Both the position numbers and the translations under genes were made by a program. Positions 1-9,327 of a stretch of 49,638 nt of DNA are shown here, piece after piece. Source of the DNA: a virus (Duplodnaviria > Caudoviricetes); IMG/VR virus record IMGVR_UViG_3300005405_000328, positions 1 to 49,638 of that record; one strand, given 5' to 3'. Below the pieces are notes generated by a model. It did not search any database. It was not told the origin of the DNA and was given only the letters and a program-made list of their open reading frames with translations. Positions within the stretch are counted from its first letter, which is position 1. The number at the start of each line of letters is the position of its first letter.

Positions 1-69
1 ATCCCGGTAATCGTAGCTGGCCACCGCTTTCCTGGTAAGTTCCTCGAGTTCCCGAATCGATATCTGCAT
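1..69 (-). CDS. 5' end of a host gene running off the left edge (MQISIRELEELTRKAVASYDYRD...)
   Basis: ATG at 69 preceded by strong SD GAGGGGAG; frame open to window edge; lies outside the att site. Confidence 0.6.
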   Translation of the reverse strand, partial: MQISIRELEELTRKAVASYDYRD

Positions 70-571
70 AGTTCCGTCTCCCCTCACGTAAAAGTTATAT
101 GCTCCCTTAGATCGTGATTGCGCCCCTTTTCCAAGGGCGCGTGTCAAAGCCGACCCGGGAAATGCTGGGCCTTTTTATGCGGGCCTGCAGGGGAGCACAA
201 CCACCTGAAGGCCGCAATGTCCCTGCCACCACTTATCACTTTGATTTCGCTCAGTTATTGACTTGGGCGATTTGGTTCCTATTATACTGTCTACTGTCAT
301 ATACTGTCATACTGTCGGGTCAGGGGGTACATCTCGCCCGCTACACGGACCGCTTGTGCACCGATACGCCCGCGATGAAACATGCACTCCGCCCTCTTCC
401 CCAAGCAAGGATCAATCCCCGTGACAAGAGAACCGTCCCCCTATCACGCAATAAATAATTGTCATCTTGCCATTCCAAACAACAATTTGTGTTGATTTTC
501 CTTTCTTCCTGATAATATTTATAACATTATTCCAAGTTATGCGCATAAATATTTTTAGAGGTTGAAAAGCT

Positions 572-769
572 ATGGTAAAGTACATCGTACAAATGGTTGA
601 CAAATATTCGGGTGAAGTATTGGATACCGAGGATGAAGAGTTTGATACCTATGAAGATGCCGATGAATACAGCCTCGTATGCAGTTCTAATTACGCCGCT
701 GGAGCAGAAGTTTTAGAACTGGCTGGGGAAGACTTCGGTAATCCTGATGATGTTCTCATACAGAACTAA
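572..769 (+). CDS. small acidic hypothetical protein (host flank)
   Basis: 65 aa ORF with GAGGT SD upstream; no recognisable motif. Confidence 0.4.
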   Translation: MVKYIVQMVDKYSGEVLDTEDEEFDTYEDADEYSLVCSSNYAAGAEVLELAGEDFGNPDDVLIQN

Positions 770-906
770 TTTCTAATGTTTAAACAACGTCTATTGTTTA
801 ATTCTACCAACTGCTACATTACTCCTGTTTTTCAATCCATATTATTAAGTGGTAATATTTTCCCGGGGGTCAAACCTAAAATAGCTGCAAAATGAATCCA
901 GAAACG

Positions 907-936
907 AAAAATACCGAAGGCCTTAAACCTTCGGTA
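907..936 (-). terminator. intrinsic terminator downstream of the original tRNA 3' end
   Basis: TACCGAAGG(912-920)/CCTTCGGTA(928-936) stem followed by a U-tract on the minus strand. Confidence 0.75.
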
Positions 937-952
937 AATTCTTGCTTGATAT

Positions 953-1012
953 TGGTGCCCGAGGCCGGGGTCGAACCGGCACGATGTTGCCATCGCGGGA
1001 TTTTAAGTCCCG
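953..1012 (-). pseudogene. 3' half of tRNA-Leu(TAA) = prophage attachment-site core
   Basis: Minus strand reads CGGGA-CTTAAAA-TCCCG (anticodon arm, TAA), long variable arm, GGTTCGA T-loop and ...GGGCACCA; similarity stops at 1012, so D-arm and 5' acceptor strand are missing. Confidence 0.9.
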
Positions 1013-1065
1013 TTCTATACCTGTCTATATACCATTATATTGGCTTTTATTTTATTGCCATTTCT

Positions 1066-1089
1066 TTTCCGCAAATATTTCCGCAAATA
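1066..1089 (+). repeat. tandem TTTCCGCAAATA x2, candidate integrase arm-type sites
   Basis: Exact 12-bp tandem about 55 bp inside the att core; same motif recurs at 49614-49637. Confidence 0.75.
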
Positions 1090-1176
1090 CCTCTTCTTTG
1101 ACTTGCATTTTAGTGAGAGACATATATAAAAGTATAATATGTATAAAAAATTATGAGCAGAAGCGGACTTAAAAAT

Positions 1177-1208
1177 AAGCCTCAGTAATTTTTACCCTAC
1201 TGAGGCTT
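1177..1208 (-). terminator. intrinsic terminator after the P63C gene
   Basis: 11-bp perfect stem AAGCCTCAGTA/TACTGAGGCTT with U-rich tail on minus. Confidence 0.75.
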
Positions 1209-1219
1209 GATATATTTAT

Positions 1220-2134
1220 TTAAGCATTCTGTTGGTCTTCTTTTTCAAACTCTATTTCAAGTTGCGTCTCGCTACCCGGAAAAGCCTTGTTGAAAAGGTG
1301 CTCAAATTCTGCCCAATTAGAAGAAATACGCATTAATGTAATTACTGAGCTCAAGTGTTTTTCTAAGTGCAAATTTCCAATGTCATCAGTCAAAAATTGA
1401 TGATGCCTATACCTGCGATTACCTCCAAGGGTTTTGGGGTTCTTTGTTTTTAATTCATCCAATACTCCTGGGGGCAATTTTTCGTATACCAATTCATTAG
1501 TTAGTGTTCCCGCATAACCGGGACGTGCTATTGATAGGGGGTTGTATTGCCAACCACGTAATCTAAATAATTCCTTGTAAAATTCGTCTGGAAACCTCTT
1601 GGTCCAAGGCATTAATTCCCTAGATATGTACGCTTCAAGTATTTTATGTAATTCATTTCTATCGCGCTCTGCTTGATAACCAGTGGCTTCATCCACGAGG
1701 GCTATGATGCCAACCTTTGATAAACTCCTTACAATTATTTCACTTGCAATAGCTAAGGGTATTTGCTGTTTTGTTAGGACTCCAGCTTCTCTTGCCAAAA
1801 GATATACGTCGCATAATAAAGGTAATATCTCAGCCTTATAACCAGTAGTAATTTTGCCATGGACGTTAATATAAGTTAAAGGAACGAGCACTTCCTGTAA
1901 ATCCCGATCAATAAAAGGTTGCAGGTTATTGGCATCGATAAAACTGGGCATATTGAGCACTCTTATTTCGTCTTTTTTTCTACCCCTTTTTGTGCGACCA
2001 AAAGCCTTAAAAATAGCTGTTTTGGATATCACCCTTGTTTTGTCCTCTAACACAGCACAAAGAAGATCTCTTTCGCCAATATTAAGTGTTCCTGCGTGCG
2101 TGGCCTTAAAAATATTATCTTGTAAATCGTTCAC
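1220..2134 (-). CDS. P63C domain protein
   Basis: GIIALVDEATGYQ...PWTKRFPDEFYKELFRLRGW...VYEKLPPGVL...HQFLT pattern typical of P63C proteins. Confidence 0.8.
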   Translation of the reverse strand: MNDLQDNIFKATHAGTLNIGERDLLCAVLEDKTRVISKTAIFKAFGRTKRGRKKDEIRVLNMPSFIDANNLQPFIDRDLQEVLVPLTYINVHGKITTGYKAEILPLLCDVYLLAREAGVLTKQQIPLAIASEIIVRSLSKVGIIALVDEATGYQAERDRNELHKILEAYISRELMPWTKRFPDEFYKELFRLRGWQYNPLSIARPGYAGTLTNELVYEKLPPGVLDELKTKNPKTLGGNRRYRHHQFLTDDIGNLHLEKHLSSVITLMRISSNWAEFEHLFNKAFPGSETQLEIEFEKEDQQNA

Positions 2135-2311
2135 ATTAAACCTCCAATAAAAGAAATATTTTCCTATATTTTAACAGACATATACCAAAAATACCCTTTA
2201 ATAATATGAGGTTAATTCTCCGGATAACTATTGTGTGGCTGGATGCAGTTCTTCTCGGTTCATGGGTTTCACCTCAAATATGATCTATCGAACATATAAT
2301 ATTTAAGCGAT

Positions 2312-2851
2312 CTATTTTTTTATACTAAACGCTTTATTTGGATCAGCTTCTACCTTGTTGCTGACAGTATCTTCAGATGTTTCCGTTGAAAATGATTTCA
2401 AAATGGTTAACATTATTAGAATTACCCTTAAAGAAGAAAATGCAAAAAAAGAAGCTAAAAACAGCCATGCACATGAAGTTATTTTAGTTGCTATGGTATC
2501 CGTGCCTACAAACATAGTTATTATAGTAGATATTACAGCTAAAATTAATCCGCTTATTAGAGCACTATGGAAATATGAGTTCAGTAACTCCATAGCATCA
2601 TTTTGTTCGATTCGGCGCAAGGTTTTTCTATTAATTGTTGAAATTAGGACTGCAACCATAGTTGCCATAAAACCTACAATTACTGCGCTTACATTTATCG
2701 TGGCTGCTAGAACCGCGCTAAATTCTTTGTGGCCAATTATATTGTAATTAGAATAAATTGCTGCTAAAACCACTATACTCGATACTATAAATGGATACAT
2801 TTTTTCAACTCGTAGTGATTCTAGAAACAGGGTTAGTCGGGGTCGACTCAT
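2312..2851 (-). CDS. multi-pass (about 4 TM) membrane protein, partner of the upstream gene
   Basis: Four hydrophobic segments; GGAGG SD; 11 nt from upstream ORF; AT-rich. Confidence 0.75.
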   Translation of the reverse strand: MSRPRLTLFLESLRVEKMYPFIVSSIVVLAAIYSNYNIIGHKEFSAVLAATINVSAVIVGFMATMVAVLISTINRKTLRRIEQNDAMELLNSYFHSALISGLILAVISTIITMFVGTDTIATKITSCAWLFLASFFAFSSLRVILIMLTILKSFSTETSEDTVSNKVEADPNKAFSIKK

Positions 2852-2862
2852 ATAATGACCTC

Positions 2863-3783
2863 CTAAGTTTTAAGGATTTTTTGTAAATAAGGCCTTCTAT
2901 CGAAATAATACGGAAGGATGGCATCTATTAGTCGCGAATATACTATACCTTCGGTTCTGGAATAGGTCATTGTTATATAACTATGTACTCTGTCCTCTAT
3001 TAAATTATAAAATTTACTATTACCATCATCTTCGATAACTGTAACTTCCAGTCTTGTTACCTCTTTTTGTCCATTAAGCTCTCTAAGTGTATCCATAACG
3101 GCTTGTTCTGCTAAGCCATCTATTTTTTTAAATTGACCCATGGTAAATTTAAACTCCGCATTAATAGGATCAAAATCTTCCACAGCTTTAAATATTGATA
3201 ACAATGCTTTTTTATTCGTTGTTAATTGACTATTTCTTAAGTTAGCAAAAGATACATCGAATACTCTGAAATTTTTTTCATTCTGTAACTTCGTATACAC
3301 ATCCGGAGTAATTATTGGTTTGAAAAAAATATCTTCACCCATATAGATTAATTTAAAATAGGTTTCAATTCCGCTAGGCGAAAGGCTGTCACGGTTTCTT
3401 TGAATAACAATTACTGCTAATTCAGAATCATATATAGCAGTGACTTCCTCGCCCATATACTCATCATCTGGTAAATCCATATATTCGAAGGTACCATCTG
3501 GTTTTACAATGCCAGGTAAATCATTTTCTCTTCCTCTTATAAACTGAAGTCCCCATAAGCATTTCTTGTCTTTTATTTGCCTCAAATTATCAACAGTTTG
3601 AAGAATTGCGTTCTCGCCGCCAAAATTATACTTGCGGTCCTTAACATCAATTGACTGCGCCTTTATTAGTATATTCTCCAGATCAAATAATTCTTCATAT
3701 ATGAAATTTTTTTCATTATCATGCCTTCGACACCAAACCTGGAAATAATCAAATCTCACCCTTTTTTTTACGATAACACTCAA
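2863..3783 (-). CDS. DUF6731/DUF4747-like soluble protein (candidate RexA/KwaB-like)
   Basis: 306 aa; VRFDYFQV N-terminus and 'EYMGEEVTAIYD...IQRNRDSLS' core resemble DUF6731 from memory; strong SD. Confidence 0.55.
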   Translation of the reverse strand: MSVIVKKRVRFDYFQVWCRRHDNEKNFIYEELFDLENILIKAQSIDVKDRKYNFGGENAILQTVDNLRQIKDKKCLWGLQFIRGRENDLPGIVKPDGTFEYMDLPDDEYMGEEVTAIYDSELAVIVIQRNRDSLSPSGIETYFKLIYMGEDIFFKPIITPDVYTKLQNEKNFRVFDVSFANLRNSQLTTNKKALLSIFKAVEDFDPINAEFKFTMGQFKKIDGLAEQAVMDTLRELNGQKEVTRLEVTVIEDDGNSKFYNLIEDRVHSYITMTYSRTEGIVYSRLIDAILPYYFDRRPYLQKILKT

Positions 3784-3876
3784 GATAACCCCTCCCTACT
3801 GTTATTACGTTCAAGGAAGCAATAGATTATCCTTTAGTTAAATACCGATTAACTTCGACAAATAGTGCCTTAATTC

Positions 3877-3901
3877 AAAAGCCGGGGAGCGATCCCCGGC
3901 T
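3877..3901 (-). terminator. terminator ending the late/lysis operon
   Basis: AGCCGGGGA/TCCCCGGCT stem plus U-tract on minus. Confidence 0.75.
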
Positions 3902-3926
3902 GCTTCATTTCTATTTTGCTTTGTGT

Positions 3927-4346
3927 CTATTTTGGCGGTGTAGCAGTGCTTGTCTTCTCTATTGCCTCAATAATTGCTTCTTTAATTTTTATAATCAGGT
4001 TGTCATTAAGATCTGAAGCACTGGCAGATTCAGTTATTGTCAGTGCCCCAAATATTTGAATGGCTTTGTCCTTAATCTCGGCTATAAACTTAGCGGCAGT
4101 AGCAGCTGCAGCTGCATAAAATATTGCTGTTATTTGTGTACTATAATCACCAACAATGAAGGTAGCCAACGCCAGTACCGTGAGTCCTCCCACAAACGGC
4201 AAAACATTTGTAGCTATAAATTGTGGCAGTTTCCGGATATCGAATGTACCTGCTTTAATGCTCAAAATGACGCCCAATAGAGTGTCGATTAATATAAGGA
4301 CTAGGACAGCCCCAAGTGCTGCTAATATTCCTGTAGTCATATCCAA
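3927..4346 (-). CDS. holin-like membrane protein
   Basis: About 3 TM segments; directly after the endolysin. Confidence 0.65.
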   Translation of the reverse strand: MDMTTGILAALGAVLVLILIDTLLGVILSIKAGTFDIRKLPQFIATNVLPFVGGLTVLALATFIVGDYSTQITAIFYAAAAATAAKFIAEIKDKAIQIFGALTITESASASDLNDNLIIKIKEAIIEAIEKTSTATPPK

Positions 4347-4352
4347 TACCTC

Positions 4353-5141
4353 CTATTTATCAATTATTACTTGATTATTGGCCCCGTCCCAAGCAACGGC
4401 AATGCCAACGTCCCGCAGAGCAACGGCCGGAATATAAGTTGTGTCCTTGCCATCAACTGTAAGTATCGTAGAGTTTCCTACTTCCTTTCCATTAAGAACT
4501 ACCTTAACTTCTTTCAAGTCCATTCCAACCTTCATGTCAACAGTTCCTCCTTCTTGGTAATCTACGCCGAAATATTTACAAATTCCCCTAGCAATTGCTT
4601 TCGCCAGTATCCACTGGTGCGCTTCATCCGAACACCAAACCACTTCATTATCGTTTGAAACAAAAGCCATTTCCACCAGAATAGTGGGCTTGTATACTTT
4701 CTTGATTACACCTATCCCGCTGTCAATCTGCTTCACGCCGCGGTTTGTTAGTCCGGTAGCCAGCACTAATTCACCTAACACGAGGTAAGCCAATCTTACT
4801 TCGCTATCACTGTAGGTAGGGTATTGAGAATAAAGAACTTCAACCCCATGGGCGCTCTTGTCAGCAGAACTATTAAAGTGCAAGGCTACCGCAATACCCG
4901 CATTTGATTGATTAGCAAAAGCAATCTGCCAGTTTACGTCATCCGTCTGGTTAGTGGCCCCCCATACTGCAACGTCAGCAGCGCGACTCAGGTTTCCGCC
5001 GATTCCGTTGAGCTCTAATAAGGTTTTTAACTTCAACCCTACACCAAGATTACCGTCGCACTCCCTCGCTCCATTTGCAGAATTTACAGCCCCAGGATCA
5101 AAACCTCCGTGGCCAGGGATAATATCAGTTTCTATATCCAT
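4353..5141 (-). CDS. endolysin, N-acetylmuramoyl-L-alanine amidase (Amidase_3) with short C-terminal domain
   Basis: PGHGG.DPGA, E, LHFNS and ILVEMAFVSN zinc-amidase motifs. Confidence 0.9.
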   Translation of the reverse strand: MDIETDIIPGHGGFDPGAVNSANGARECDGNLGVGLKLKTLLELNGIGGNLSRAADVAVWGATNQTDDVNWQIAFANQSNAGIAVALHFNSSADKSAHGVEVLYSQYPTYSDSEVRLAYLVLGELVLATGLTNRGVKQIDSGIGVIKKVYKPTILVEMAFVSNDNEVVWCSDEAHQWILAKAIARGICKYFGVDYQEGGTVDMKVGMDLKEVKVVLNGKEVGNSTILTVDGKDTTYIPAVALRDVGIAVAWDGANNQVIIDK

Positions 5142-5153
5142 AATATCTCCTTT

Positions 5154-5468
5154 CTAAAGCGGTCCCGCTTCGCTTTGACTTGTTGCTGCGGTGGCGGTTG
5201 AGGTTGAATCCGTCTCACAAGCTTTCATATTCTGCTTATAGTCGGCATAGCTTTTTAACGCTTGAACACCGCCGCCGCCAACAACACCAAAGGTTAGACT
5301 TCCAAGCGTGCTAGATAAACTATCCATAATGTACTGGACAACGACAAAATGAGTAAATACACTGACAGCGATCAATCCCAGATAAACCATTAAGGTAATA
5401 AAAAAGCCTGCTATTAAAGCAGACATACGCCTTTCATCAATTGAAAATAAATCCTTCCACATGGGCAT
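5154..5468 (-). CDS. 2-TM membrane protein (holin-like)
   Basis: Two hydrophobic helices, in lysis cassette. Confidence 0.6.
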   Translation of the reverse strand: MPMWKDLFSIDERRMSALIAGFFITLMVYLGLIAVSVFTHFVVVQYIMDSLSSTLGSLTFGVVGGGGVQALKSYADYKQNMKACETDSTSTATAATSQSEAGPL

Positions 5469-5477
5469 CGCCTCGCT

Positions 5478-5762
5478 TTACACCGCCTGCGCTATGCGCC
5501 GCAAATACTCGCAATACTTTATTTCTACCTCTCTTGCCCAATTCATCGCTTCTTCTACATCTCCGTTTGTTTTCTGGTTAAGTACGGCTTTAGCTGTAAC
5601 TTTTGCGAGTTTTAAATTGGCTTGACCCATTTCCATTTGAATTAGAGAGCCTTCATTTCTTAATTCAGCAATGTGTTTTTCTCTGCGCTGGTGAACACCA
5701 ACATAAGCAACCCCGATAGCTCCAATGCTAGAAATAATAGTTGAAACAGTACCTGCATCCAA
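5478..5762 (-). CDS. single-TM lysis-cassette protein
   Basis: Start reassigned to TTG at 5762 (GGAGG SD); N-terminal TM then charged helix. Confidence 0.6.
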   Translation of the reverse strand: MDAGTVSTIISSIGAIGVAYVGVHQRREKHIAELRNEGSLIQMEMGQANLKLAKVTAKAVLNQKTNGDVEEAMNWAREVEIKYCEYLRRIAQAV

Positions 5763-5801
5763 TTTAACCGCCTCCCCCAAAACTGTTTTTACCCAAAGCA
5801 A

Positions 5802-5926
5802 AACCACCCAGCTGAGCCAGGTGGTTGTCAAATATTTTTGTAAATGTGTTTGCAAATAAGGCTAATACCCCAAGATGACCACTCCCCCCGTCCCCCAAAA
5901 TAATAGCCGCCCATTTCTGAGCGGCT
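5802..5926 (-). terminator. two terminator-like hairpins between tail and lysis genes
   Basis: Stems at 5905-5926 and 5802-5826, each followed by U-rich sequence on minus. Confidence 0.55.
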
Positions 5927-5998
5927 TGGATCCCTGATACTAAATCCCTAAGCGCTTGGTATTTTACTTGTTCCGCTATCGCTATTTCGAGAGCACAA

Positions 5999-6136
5999 TT
6001 ACTCCTCCCACACTCTAACTAAAAAAGCATCTCCATAATCTTCTAAAACAATCCAATGAGTCGCGGTTGTATCGGGTCTGAACGGATTTTCTTCAGTTCC
6101 CGCACCTATTCGCGGTAAAATTTTATCCTCTACCAT
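5999..6136 (-). CDS. 45-aa tail-associated peptide (MVEDKILPRIGAGTEENPFRPDT...), not in ORF track
   Basis: ATG abuts the upstream TAA, GGAGG SD inside the upstream gene. Confidence 0.65.
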   Translation of the reverse strand: MVEDKILPRIGAGTEENPFRPDTTATHWIVLEDYGDAFLVRVWEE

Positions 6137-6700
6137 TTACAACACCTCCACTCTAAGAATGTCAAATGCCGCGTCTATCGCTGAAGCGGAAATACCATGT
6201 CTAGTATTGTTAATCAATTCAACGTCATTGATTGTAGTAGTGATAAGTTCCACGCCATTAACTCCTACGGAGACCTCCGCTCCTCTAAGTACAGCGAATA
6301 ATTCATGCGATTGCTCTGAAGATACCCCCGAAGGAACCGTAGCCAATACTGTCACTACTTCGTTAATTGTTTTGGCTAATGTTAAAGTAGAAGGAGTAGC
6401 TATATAAAGCAGAAGTCTATCTTTACCCGAAGCACTAACCCTAGGTCTAATTGTTCTAGCTGTAGCAACACCTAATGCACATATAAAAGCACTAAATCTG
6501 CAATCAGCTTCCCCACTATTTATCGCGGTCATAGCCCCAACAACCGCTGTCTTAAGTTTCAACTGTCCATTCTCAATCTCATATCCACCTGTAAAAGCTT
6601 CCCATGCTTGTCCTGTATCCGCGATACCTGGCAGACCATTTGCCCGATTAAATCCATCAAATACTCGTAATTTACTGGCCTTGGTTAGTAAAAGGCTCAT
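6137..6700 (-). CDS. tail-tip protein, beta-sandwich/lectin-like
   Basis: D.FNRANG..G.ADTGQ.W start and beta-rich body; position at end of tail module. Confidence 0.6.
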   Translation of the reverse strand: MSLLLTKASKLRVFDGFNRANGLPGIADTGQAWEAFTGGYEIENGQLKLKTAVVGAMTAINSGEADCRFSAFICALGVATARTIRPRVSASGKDRLLLYIATPSTLTLAKTINEVVTVLATVPSGVSSEQSHELFAVLRGAEVSVGVNGVELITTTINDVELINNTRHGISASAIDAAFDILRVEVL

Positions 6701-6711
6701 ATCAGTACCCC

Positions 6712-7266
6712 CTACGCCTTTAGCATGACTTTTATAGTCCTTGCCGGTGTCTGGGCGGCACTTGCTACCAATGCTAAATAATGCACTCCTGCTAGCTTCA
6801 GGGCGTGTACGTCAACTACATAAATCTTGTTTACCGCTACAGTCATAGCAGGAAAAGTCACCCCTGCATCATTTACAATATCAACCTTTGTTCCTCCTGA
6901 TACAGCAGAACCCTTAATAGTTATGGTTGCGGCATCCCACTCGGAAGGCATCAAGAAAGATAAATATTTAAAGTTTCTAAAATCAATCTCTGTTGATTCT
7001 GTTCCCTCATTTGCTATTGTTACATCTACTTCTTGATAACTTCCAGCTACCACAACAGCATTATGATCTGGATCAATCCCAACTTCTCCAGCAACAACAG
7101 CTTTAATTTTCCCGTCCGTCCCTGCAGTCACCTCAATCACCTGAGTATTCCCACCGGCATCAAGAATAGGCAACCCCGCATCATTAACTAGCAATGCGTA
7201 CAGTTGCTGCTTCCCAACCACTTTCCCTTTATCAGTATGCTGTAGATCCCCTTTTTCGATCGGCAT
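6712..7266 (-). CDS. tail-tip/fibre-like protein
   Basis: Position; beta-rich C-terminal domain after a GS junction. Confidence 0.55.
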   Translation of the reverse strand: MPIEKGDLQHTDKGKVVGKQQLYALLVNDAGLPILDAGGNTQVIEVTAGTDGKIKAVVAGEVGIDPDHNAVVVAGSYQEVDVTIANEGTESTEIDFRNFKYLSFLMPSEWDAATITIKGSAVSGGTKVDIVNDAGVTFPAMTVAVNKIYVVDVHALKLAGVHYLALVASAAQTPARTIKVMLKA

Positions 7267-7308
7267 TTCTCGCCCTCCCCATATAAAATACCGCCCTACC
7301 TCTGGCGG

Positions 7309-7518
7309 CTATCTTCTGCTTTTCAGCAAATCCAGTATTTCAGTTTGCATTTCAAGGATAAGTTGGTTCTGCTCGTACACATTGTCGATATTAATTTTCC
7401 CTGTTTTCTTTTTGTCCTCAACAGCTTTCAGTTTTGTCTGTCTATCAGCCTGTTTTCTCTCGTAATCCTCGTTCTTAAGGTGTTTTTCCGTCTTGCCAAT
7501 CATCAGTTTTTTATGCAT
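7309..7518 (-). CDS. small tail-associated protein
   Basis: Overlaps upstream stop; followed by a hairpin at 7290-7309. Confidence 0.55.
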   Translation of the reverse strand: MHKKLMIGKTEKHLKNEDYERKQADRQTKLKAVEDKKKTGKINIDNVYEQNQLILEMQTEILDLLKSRR

Positions 7519-7891
7519 TCACTCTCAACCTCTTTTCTGCCGCATCGCAGACACAATCAGAAGTTAGCGCGATAACGTATTCCCCGGCCCCCGCAAATTC
7601 AAGGGTTAGCGCCCCAATCCCGTTGACCGGACTGACTGTATCGGTTGCAATCGTGATTCCCTCGTGTTGTATGCTGACTATGAAGTCGGTATTCTGGTCT
7701 GTTATGGCGTTTCCTTGATAATCATGGAAGGAAAATGTTACCGGGAAATCCTGGTTAGTTCCAATCTGATCGGCGCATTCTATTGCAATCTGAATAAAGG
7801 CACATTTTATAGCTCTTGCTATCTCTTTGCCATCTTCTCTTTGTATTTGGTATATAATTTCGTTTTCGTTGACAAACTCTGTAGTATGCAT
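7511..7891 (-). CDS. tail-associated protein with Ig-like C-terminus
   Basis: Start at ATG 7891 (AGGAGG SD); beta-strand pattern. Confidence 0.55.
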   Translation of the reverse strand: MHTTEFVNENEIIYQIQREDGKEIARAIKCAFIQIAIECADQIGTNQDFPVTFSFHDYQGNAITDQNTDFIVSIQHEGITIATDTVSPVNGIGALTLEFAGAGEYVIALTSDCVCDAAEKRLRVNA

Positions 7892-7902
7892 TCTATCCCT
7901 CC

Positions 7903-8568
7903 TTAAATGCCTACATGCCAAATGCCATACATTGTATTTATTGGTACGGCATAGGTGTTGCTCTTATATTGAAGTGACAGCGATGTCTGAATTGGCAACC
8001 CAGGAGGTATCGTAATAATCAAGCCTTCGCTTTGCTGTCCTGGGCTTACTATTGGCTTAATCCCAAGTGATAGGGCCTCGAATGAGGTAGATGCCCCTAC
8101 GTTTTGAAAAGCATCAGGCATTCTCCAAGCCATTAAGTTGCGTGCAGTGTTCCAAAAAGAACCGATGGCTAGCCAACGATGGGCCTCCATATCAACACCA
8201 TTACCGTCATAACAAACATCGCTCCAAGTATCCTCAAAAATAGTTGTGCCGTCTACTTCGAATTTCAGCAAGTTAGTATCAACACTGCCTGCACCTAACC
8301 AATGCATGTAACCACCTATAATTAATCTAGGCCCAGTAATTTTAACAATATCATGCCAAGCATCATCTATAAGGGTATTGCTGCCAACCCAGCCAAAGGT
8401 GCATACAGGCGATTTCCCGTTCCAAGGGGCTTTGGCAAAAGTAGCACCCATTACATCATTAATATTCTTCACTTTGGCGTGTAGACTGCCTGCATCATTT
8501 GCTTCATCTCCCCGGTATCCCACCTGACGCCCTATAAAATTAAGTACGGGCGTTAAAAATTCATACAT
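7903..8568 (-). CDS. putative receptor-binding/tail fibre protein
   Basis: Position; aromatic-rich C-terminal domain. Confidence 0.5.
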   Translation of the reverse strand: MYEFLTPVLNFIGRQVGYRGDEANDAGSLHAKVKNINDVMGATFAKAPWNGKSPVCTFGWVGSNTLIDDAWHDIVKITGPRLIIGGYMHWLGAGSVDTNLLKFEVDGTTIFEDTWSDVCYDGNGVDMEAHRWLAIGSFWNTARNLMAWRMPDAFQNVGASTSFEALSLGIKPIVSPGQQSEGLIITIPPGLPIQTSLSLQYKSNTYAVPINTMYGIWHVGI

Positions 8569-8569
8569 A

Positions 8570-9313
8570 TTAACTGCCTCCCATCAGGTAATCGCCGCTC
8601 ATGGCAAAGGTTAAAACATCCCTTATGCCGCCATCCGGTCCATCTGGTGGAGGGAGATACCGGTATGTCTTGGTGACCAGGCCGTTGGCGTCGTACTCAA
8701 AAGTAGCGGCAAGGTTGTCCCCAGAGATCGAGTGTACGATATCATCCTGACCCTCCGCTGGATCATTGCTAAAAACCTTAAAATGGAGGGCATTGTTCGC
8801 AGTCCAGGCGCCAGTGTCAGCTGCTCGGTAGTATGCCGGGTAACCCGCATCCTGGGCAGCCTCTCCAATCCAATCTACTTTATTTATGGCGTCTCCCGCC
8901 TTGACTACCACCAACCAGTATTGAGCTCCAGAAGTCAAGCCCGTGAGGTTAATCGGCACGCTCCACCAAGCTTTTGGATCCGGAATAAATTCCATAGGTA
9001 CCACTACCTGTTTTAACAGGGTGCCGTCATCTCCATTGGCCGGATCCATTCCCTCCCTGATCTGTACTGTAAGGTCAGCGCCAAGATTATCCCGATCAAG
9101 CTCTATCTCCACCCTGCCAATATCTGTAGCACCGGTGAGGGTGAACCGAGCGCAGTGGTTATAATTGGCTATGCTGTTCTCTACTACACCAGAGCCGCCC
9201 TTGGCGTCTCGCTGGCTGCCCTGATAGATAAGAGAAAAGGGCTGCGCTGTCAGAATACTGTTCATGGTATCTTCATCGAAAGTAGACCGTCCGTCTTTAA
9301 ATGCATTTAACAA
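8570..9313 (-). CDS. tail/baseplate protein
   Basis: Tightly coupled ORF in tail operon, GGAGGTGA SD. Confidence 0.6.
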   Translation of the reverse strand: MLNAFKDGRSTFDEDTMNSILTAQPFSLIYQGSQRDAKGGSGVVENSIANYNHCARFTLTGATDIGRVEIELDRDNLGADLTVQIREGMDPANGDDGTLLKQVVVPMEFIPDPKAWWSVPINLTGLTSGAQYWLVVVKAGDAINKVDWIGEAAQDAGYPAYYRAADTGAWTANNALHFKVFSNDPAEGQDDIVHSISGDNLAATFEYDANGLVTKTYRYLPPPDGPDGGIRDVLTFAMSGDYLMGGS

Positions 9314-9327
9314 ATGTATATCACCTC

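Noticed and set aside
114-458. 114-aa ORF or a riboswitch in the host leader
   Set aside because: ORF lacks an SD; GC hairpins and ACTGTC repeats (about 285-316) are present but match no riboswitch consensus I can support
953-1012. Functional tRNA-Leu gene
   Set aside because: 5' half (acceptor strand and D-arm) is absent; it is the att remnant
892-1172. + strand ORFs 892-1101 and 942-1172
   Set aside because: Antisense translations of the tRNA fragment and att arm; no SD or protein-like features
2230-2275. Mini-ORF MNREELHPATQ* with GAGGTG SD on minus
   Set aside because: Only 11 codons; probably a gene remnant at a moron junction
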